This document shows positions 58,703 through 64,000 of a DNA stretch of 64,000 bases, one piece after another. Under the pieces are notes generated by a model. That model ran no database searches and was not told the origin of the DNA. It saw only the letters and a program-made list of their open reading frames with translations. The stretch covers positions 192,001 through 256,000 of the forward strand of contig CAWVRN010000002.1 in assembly GCA_963932905.1 (NCBI GenBank), read 5' to 3'. Numbering within the stretch: the first letter of the stretch is position 1; the number at the start of each line of letters is the position of its first letter. Origin of the DNA: an uncultured Bdellovibrio sp. Lineage in GTDB: Bacteria; Bdellovibrionota; Bdellovibrionia; Bdellovibrionales; Bdellovibrionaceae. The translations under genes and the position numbers were made by a program.

Positions 58703-59734
58703 TTGAAGACAAGTTTCAATATTGAAAAAATTGAATTAGACAGCAATCGTAAAGCACAGATTTTAAAAAAGATCCCACTCATGGCCAGCAAAAAAGTTCT
58801 TGTCGTGGGTGATGTGGGCCTAGATGAATATATTATCGGCGCTGTGAAACGTATTTCCCCTGAAGCTCCGGTTCCTGTGATGGATGTTGAATCTGAAGAA
58901 AAACGCCTAGGCTTGTCAGCAAACGTAGCCCAAAATATTACAGCTTTAGGCGCCCAAGTCGGCATTCTATCGGTCGTTGGAAACGATTTTGGTGCAGATT
59001 TATTAAAACCGCTATTCAAAGAAGCTAAAATCCCTTGGGATCTTATGCAGGTCGATGATTCTCGTCCGACAACGCGCAAATCGCGTGTGATGGCGGGACC
59101 TCATCACATCGTTCGTATTGATTATGAATTAAAAAAATATTTATCGGAATCAGTTAGCGCGCGCGTGTTTAAAGCCTACTCCGAGGCGATCACCCAATAT
59201 GATGGAGTGATTTTGCAAGACTACGCTAAAGGTATTTTCGACGAGACGTTGATTCAAAAAATGATCGATGAAGCCAATCGAGTAAAGGTGCCGGTATTCG
59301 TAGATCCACACCGTACGCAACCATTAGGTTTCTACCGTGGTGCTTCGTTATTTAAACCGAACTACGATGAATCATTAGTTCTTGCGGGTTTCAATTTTGA
59401 AGACCTTCGCGAGAATCCAAATAAAGTCTATGAAATCGGACAAACTTTACAAAAAAAGTTGAATACTAAAGATATCGTTATTACTCGAGGTAAAGAGGGC
59501 ATGACGATTTTCTCGGGTGAAAGAATTACCGAGGTTCCGACGTTTGCTAAGCGAGTATTCGATGTTACGGGTGCTGGGGATACAGTTATTGCGACTATAG
59601 CGCTATCACAGGTTGCGGGCTTTTCATTAAATGAATCTTGCCTATTAGCAAACGTGGCTGCAGGCAATGTCGTTAGCAAAGTAGGCTGCGTGCCCGCTGA
59701 CCTGAAAGAGATGATTGAATTTATTTCACACTAG
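58703..59734 (+). CDS. rfaE1: D-glycero-beta-D-manno-heptose-7-phosphate kinase (HldE domain I, stand-alone)
   Basis: VVGDVGLDEY, RISPEAPVPV, LQDYAKG, VFDVTGAGDTV. Confidence 0.92.
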   Translation: MKTSFNIEKIELDSNRKAQILKKIPLMASKKVLVVGDVGLDEYIIGAVKRISPEAPVPVMDVESEEKRLGLSANVAQNITALGAQVGILSVVGNDFGADLLKPLFKEAKIPWDLMQVDDSRPTTRKSRVMAGPHHIVRIDYELKKYLSESVSARVFKAYSEAITQYDGVILQDYAKGIFDETLIQKMIDEANRVKVPVFVDPHRTQPLGFYRGASLFKPNYDESLVLAGFNFEDLRENPNKVYEIGQTLQKKLNTKDIVITRGKEGMTIFSGERITEVPTFAKRVFDVTGAGDTVIATIALSQVAGFSLNESCLLANVAAGNVVSKVGCVPADLKEMIEFISH

Positions 59735-59767
59735 CTTTTTGAGTCGAAAACAGGCATACCTCTGGGC

Positions 59768-60934
59768 ATGCAAACAGAGTCTCAAACTACTGAAACTGAA
59801 GCGGTAACTGCGTCTAGCGCAGTGCCAAGTTCTAGAAACTTCTTCGCCCTAACTTTGGGTGATTTAGAGGCTCTTTTTAAGTCTTTCGGTAAAGAAAAAT
59901 TCCGCGCACAGCAAATCTACAAATGGGTCTACGATAAAAACGTGACTGATCCAGAACAGATGTCGAATTTATCAAAAGACTTCCGTGTTGAATTGAAAAA
60001 CATGATTCAGTTCGACCTTCCTAAAGTGGTTAAACATTTAGTCAGCAAAGACGGCACTCAAAAATTCCTATTTGATGTAGGTGATGGCAAAACGGTTGAG
60101 TCCGTAGTTATTCCAGCGGAAGATCGTCAAACATTGTGTATCTCATCCGAGGTGGGCTGTAATATGGCCTGCAAGTTTTGTTTTACTGGAAAACAAAAAT
60201 TGCAAAAGCGTTTAACGGCTGACCAAATCGTTGGTCAGTTCTTGCAGGTTCAAAGAGCAATGCCGGAAGGCCATCGCTTGACGAATGTTGTGTTCATGGG
60301 GATGGGCGAGCCTTTAGATAATTCAGATGAAGTATTTAAAGCGATCGAAATTTTGAATTCGCCATGGGGAACTAATTTTTCTCGTCGCCGCGTAACTGTG
60401 TCTACATCAGGTATCGTTCCAGAAATGCATAAAATCTGGGAAAATAAAACTCGTCTCGCGGTCAGTTTGAATGGGTACGATGATGAAAACCGTACTTCAA
60501 TCATGCCGATCAATAAAAAATACCCGCTGAAAGATCTATTAAAAGCGTGTGAAGTGTACGCTAAAGAAACGGGTGAGCGTGTAACGTTTGAATACGTTTT
60601 GCTTAAAGGGATCACGGATCAACTTGAACATGCAGAAAAATTGTTTCATTTAACGAAGCACATTCCGTGCAAGATCAATATTATCCCATTCAATGAACAT
60701 CCCGGTTCAGGGTTTGAACGTCCATCTGATTCGCAAGTAATGAAGTTTCAGCAATTGCTGATCGGTAAAGGTGCGCACGTATTGTTACGTCGTACGATGG
60801 GTCGTGATATTTTTGCAGCTTGTGGACAGTTACGAAGTGAATTTGAAAGTCATCCACAGCAGATGGACACGTCGAATTCCAAATTGATTCGTACTTTACA
60901 TTTAAAATCTAATTCACTATCGTCACATACATAA
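59768..60934 (+). CDS. rlmN: Dual-specificity 23S rRNA/tRNA m2A methyltransferase
   Basis: CISSEVGCNMACKFC, VFMGMGEP, EYVLL, IFAACGQL. Confidence 0.96.
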   Translation: MQTESQTTETEAVTASSAVPSSRNFFALTLGDLEALFKSFGKEKFRAQQIYKWVYDKNVTDPEQMSNLSKDFRVELKNMIQFDLPKVVKHLVSKDGTQKFLFDVGDGKTVESVVIPAEDRQTLCISSEVGCNMACKFCFTGKQKLQKRLTADQIVGQFLQVQRAMPEGHRLTNVVFMGMGEPLDNSDEVFKAIEILNSPWGTNFSRRRVTVSTSGIVPEMHKIWENKTRLAVSLNGYDDENRTSIMPINKKYPLKDLLKACEVYAKETGERVTFEYVLLKGITDQLEHAEKLFHLTKHIPCKINIIPFNEHPGSGFERPSDSQVMKFQQLLIGKGAHVLLRRTMGRDIFAACGQLRSEFESHPQQMDTSNSKLIRTLHLKSNSLSSHT

Positions 60935-60960
60935 ATTTTAAAAAACAGAAGGGGACTTGA

Positions 60961-61884
60961 ATGTCACAATTATTAGTTGTTGGATCACTTGCCTATGATT
61001 CAATCCAAACTCCGTCCGGAAAAGCAGATAAAACTTTAGGCGGTTCAGCTAACTATTTCTCTTTGGCAGCCAGCTTATTTGCCTCTGTGCGCGTTGTCGG
61101 CGTAGTGGGTGAAGATTACTCTCAGGCTGATAAAGAAATGCTACTAGCGCGCAAAGTAGATCTATCTGGCCTTGAAACAGTTCCTGGTAAGACATTTCAC
61201 TGGGAAGGCAAATACGAAGGCGATATGAACGAAGCTAAGACGTTAAAAACAGAATTGAATGTGTTTGAACACTTCAATCCTAAGTTACCGGCGTCGTTCA
61301 CGGAAACTCCATTCGTGTTCCTTGCGAACATTGCTCCTGAATTACAAACTCAAGTTCTATCGCAAATCAAAAGTCCAAAATTCGTTGGTATGGATACAAT
61401 GAACTTCTGGATTCAATCGAAAAAAGAAGCGTTGTTAAAAGTTCTAGCTAAAGTGGACGTTGTTTTGATCAACGAAGGTGAAGCAGATCAATTGACAGGC
61501 GCTAAGAATGCGATCGAAGCGGCTCCTAAAATCTGCGCGATGGGTCCACAGTACGTAGTTATCAAGCGTGGTGAATACGGTTTTGTATTGTACTCTAAAA
61601 CGGAAGGTTTCTTCTTATTGCCGGCGATGCCAGTACCTAACGTTGTTGACCCAACTGGCGCGGGAGATACGTTTGCGGGCGGCTTCTTTGGTTACTTGAC
61701 TTCATTCAACCAAAAACCAACATTTGAAGATCTTAAAAAAGCGTGTGTAGTCGGAACAATGTGTTCCAGCTTCACAATCCAAAACTTTGGCGTGAAGGCG
61801 ATCGTTGAAGTGAATAAAGAAAAACTTAAAGCCCGCTACGCCGAATTCAAAAAATCAGTGGGCTTAATCGAACCAAGTCTTTAA
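60961..61884 (+). CDS. PfkB/ribokinase-family sugar or nucleoside kinase
   Basis: VGSLAYD, LGGSANY, DPTGAGDTFAGG. Confidence 0.9.
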   Translation: MSQLLVVGSLAYDSIQTPSGKADKTLGGSANYFSLAASLFASVRVVGVVGEDYSQADKEMLLARKVDLSGLETVPGKTFHWEGKYEGDMNEAKTLKTELNVFEHFNPKLPASFTETPFVFLANIAPELQTQVLSQIKSPKFVGMDTMNFWIQSKKEALLKVLAKVDVVLINEGEADQLTGAKNAIEAAPKICAMGPQYVVIKRGEYGFVLYSKTEGFFLLPAMPVPNVVDPTGAGDTFAGGFFGYLTSFNQKPTFEDLKKACVVGTMCSSFTIQNFGVKAIVEVNKEKLKARYAEFKKSVGLIEPSL

Positions 61885-61887
61885 AAA

Positions 61888-61940
61888 GGTGCCAGGCTAC
61901 ATTTACGGACGCCCTGCGTCCGTAAATGTAGCCTGGCACC
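61888..61940. repeat. Perfect 25-bp inverted repeat (REP-like hairpin or bidirectional terminator)
   Basis: GGTGCCAGGCTACATTTACGGACGC-cct-GCGTCCGTAAATGTAGCCTGGCACC, flanked by an A run and a T-rich run. Confidence 0.9.
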
Positions 61941-61949
61941 CTTTCTTTC

Positions 61950-64000
61950 TTATTTGCCGCCGTAGAAGCGGATGCAGAGAATGTTTGAACTGCGTATATT
62001 GTTTAGGTCTTTTTCTAAAGCGTTTGCTTTTTCTGATCTTGGTACGTATTTTTGTTTGTCAAAAATCGAAGGGACCGAGTTTTTAACAGTTCCCACCGGG
62101 ACAAGTTTGGCTTCAGTGGCTAATAGTTGAATCATGTCTTCTGGGCGGTAGCCTGCTTTGCCATACGCTTCTTCATTTGTGAGATTGTCTTTTTTCATTT
62201 TTTCGCGACGTTTTTCTGCCATAAAAAACGCGACTTCTGGAGAACCCATTGAAGTTCCACTGATTTCGGCCCTTTGGTCATTGAACTGCAGAGCCTTGTG
62301 GCTGCGAACCATATCTGTTGTTTGTATTAGTAATGATCTTAGCATTGCAAATTCTTCGAAAGGAATTTGCATTCTTTCCATGGCATCAGCTACGCGCGAG
62401 TCCGAGTCATCAATCCCAGACATAAATCTTTGAGCTCTGAAGACTTCAGGATAACGAGCTTTAATCATCGTGTTCGACATATATAAACTGTATCCCATCG
62501 CACCCGAGTTTATGTTTTCTCCGCGAGCCATGAATTGAGCGTTTTCAGTGAAGATCATATTTGAAAAGCCTGAACGGTTGCCGTCTTCATTCGCGCTCAT
62601 TACGATCGCAATGTTAGAAACTTTTTCACCAGGCAAAGGACCCTCACCTGGAAGTTTATATTTTTCCAACCATTTAGGACGTAAATCAGCCGGGAAATCT
62701 GACTGTGTCGTTCCATCACCGACATTGTTACTATTACCAGCAGCCATAAAATAAAGAGTGTTTTTTCCGTGAGTCGCAAGACCCTCAGCAATCATATACT
62801 TTTGGAACTCGTTAAAAATAAAATCCATTTTTGAAGCTAGTTTTTCTTCAGGAGTATCTAGGGTCGCGTGGCGGGAAGGGAAACTAGATTCACCACCCAA
62901 TGAAAGATTGCCAATCGGACGTTTTGCCATTGCATCGTCTTTGAAGCGTTCAATCAAGTTTAAATGAAGTTCAAGACCAACCATGCCTCGTTGAGACGCC
63001 ATAGACATTAAGTTAGGTCCAAATTTTTGCGTCATGAATTTAGCTAATTTTTGAATATCTTCTTGGGTGTCTATCGATTTAGGCAAATTGGCGCGGCCTT
63101 CTGCCGTTTCTGTGATGCCATCTTTTTTTAAAGTATCAAAAATAGCGCGTGCCACTACCGGTTTTTGAAACCAGGCATTAAGTAATTCTAGATTTTTTAT
63201 TACCATTTCTTGTTGTACTTGAACGTTGGCACCGATAGCACCCAAACCAACCCGAGCACCATCAGCTACGTAACCTTTATTTAAATAAGCTTCGCCTGTT
63301 GTGGCAACGTGAGTTCCATGAAATTCTGCCTCTTTGTGCATGTCAGGCAGTTTTGTGCGCATGACAAATTTTCTATAAAGTGAACTCTCGCCAGGAATCC
63401 AGGGCGCACGTCCTTTTTCTTCAATTTGTTTCAAGATGACTTCGAAGTTTTTGTTTTTAGTGCCTTCGTAAATAAATTTTCTAACCAAATCCAAGCTAGC
63501 TAACTGGCCTTTGATTTCATTTATTTCCGCAAAGTTAGTTTGTGTCGCTGGATCTTGTAACATCGTCGCTAAAACACCCGTGTAAACGTTGAAAGCGCGC
63601 TCGATAATTTGATCCCAAGTAGCACCTGGGTAAACGGCTTTCATTTTTCGTAACGCCAGATAGAAATCATTAGACGGATTGTAAATTTGAGTTCCTAATT
63701 TTTTGAACGCAATTTGTTCTGATAGTTTTGCCATTGTATAGGCACCCACCAATTTCCTTGGTGTGTTTGTTTCAAAGTGATGACCTTTAAAATAGGTTGC
63801 CTGAACACCGATTAGTTTTTTCAAAGACGCACCTAGACCGGTTTCACCACCGACACTGAGTGCTTTATCAACGGTTGCTTGAAGTTCCTTTAATCCTTTT
63901 AATCTTTCTAATTCAAACAAAGATAAGAAGTCAGGAAGACCTGCATCAGATGACATAATCCAAGATGTTGCCGCAAACTTTAACAATGACGCATCTTCAG
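61950..64000 (-). CDS. S8 subtilisin-like serine peptidase, 5'-truncated by the window edge
   Basis: HGTHVA, NLSLG, AAGNS, ISGTSMGSP; frame stays open to the window end. Confidence 0.88.
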   Translation of the reverse strand, partial: EDASLLKFAATSWIMSSDAGLPDFLSLFELERLKGLKELQATVDKALSVGGETGLGASLKKLIGVQATYFKGHHFETNTPRKLVGAYTMAKLSEQIAFKKLGTQIYNPSNDFYLALRKMKAVYPGATWDQIIERAFNVYTGVLATMLQDPATQTNFAEINEIKGQLASLDLVRKFIYEGTKNKNFEVILKQIEEKGRAPWIPGESSLYRKFVMRTKLPDMHKEAEFHGTHVATTGEAYLNKGYVADGARVGLGAIGANVQVQQEMVIKNLELLNAWFQKPVVARAIFDTLKKDGITETAEGRANLPKSIDTQEDIQKLAKFMTQKFGPNLMSMASQRGMVGLELHLNLIERFKDDAMAKRPIGNLSLGGESSFPSRHATLDTPEEKLASKMDFIFNEFQKYMIAEGLATHGKNTLYFMAAGNSNNVGDGTTQSDFPADLRPKWLEKYKLPGEGPLPGEKVSNIAIVMSANEDGNRSGFSNMIFTENAQFMARGENINSGAMGYSLYMSNTMIKARYPEVFRAQRFMSGIDDSDSRVADAMERMQIPFEEFAMLRSLLIQTTDMVRSHKALQFNDQRAEISGTSMGSPEVAFFMAEKRREKMKKDNLTNEEAYGKAGYRPEDMIQLLATEAKLVPVGTVKNSVPSIFDKQKYVPRSEKANALEKDLNNIRSSNILCIRFYGGK

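Noticed and set aside
1..64000. CRISPR array, tRNA/rRNA genes, IS elements, and the many 60-165 aa antisense or nested ORFs in the track
   Set aside because: No regularly spaced repeats, cloverleafs or transposase motifs were seen by eye. The short ORFs lie inside well-supported genes and lack motifs or SD sites.

Overview
AT-rich (roughly 40% GC by eye), gene-dense bacterial chromosome segment. It most likely comes from a predatory Bdellovibrionota (Bdellovibrio-like) organism. That assignment is inferred from a MAT-type adhesive fibre gene, myxobacteria-style Ser/Thr kinases, an orphan motAB pair, many secreted hypothetical proteins and FliA-like promoters. Housekeeping genes (murE, murF, pal, cpoB, rsmE, prmA, rluB-like, dsbD, DEAD helicase, tsaD, rsmA, smpB, coaE, rlmN, split hldE halves) alternate with secreted or outer-membrane genes. 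No rRNA, tRNA, CRISPR array, integrase or transposase was recognised. Most striking observations: (1) a DnaG/TOPRIM primase-like core and a ParB/Srx-like domain, each behind a signal peptide; (2) a short terminal C-x-x-[F/V]-Y motif shared by these two proteins and an unrelated subtilase, a candidate export or delivery tag for predator effectors; (3) a fibre + FecR/beta-barrel + lipoprotein module whose fibre ends in a duplicated Cys/Trp tip; (4) sigma28-like promoters 6-8 nt from start codons, suggesting leaderless mRNAs; (5) a recurrent intergenic TCTCA-N3-TGAGA palindrome; (6) a perfect 25-bp inverted repeat. All calls are by eye from motifs; no database searches were run.
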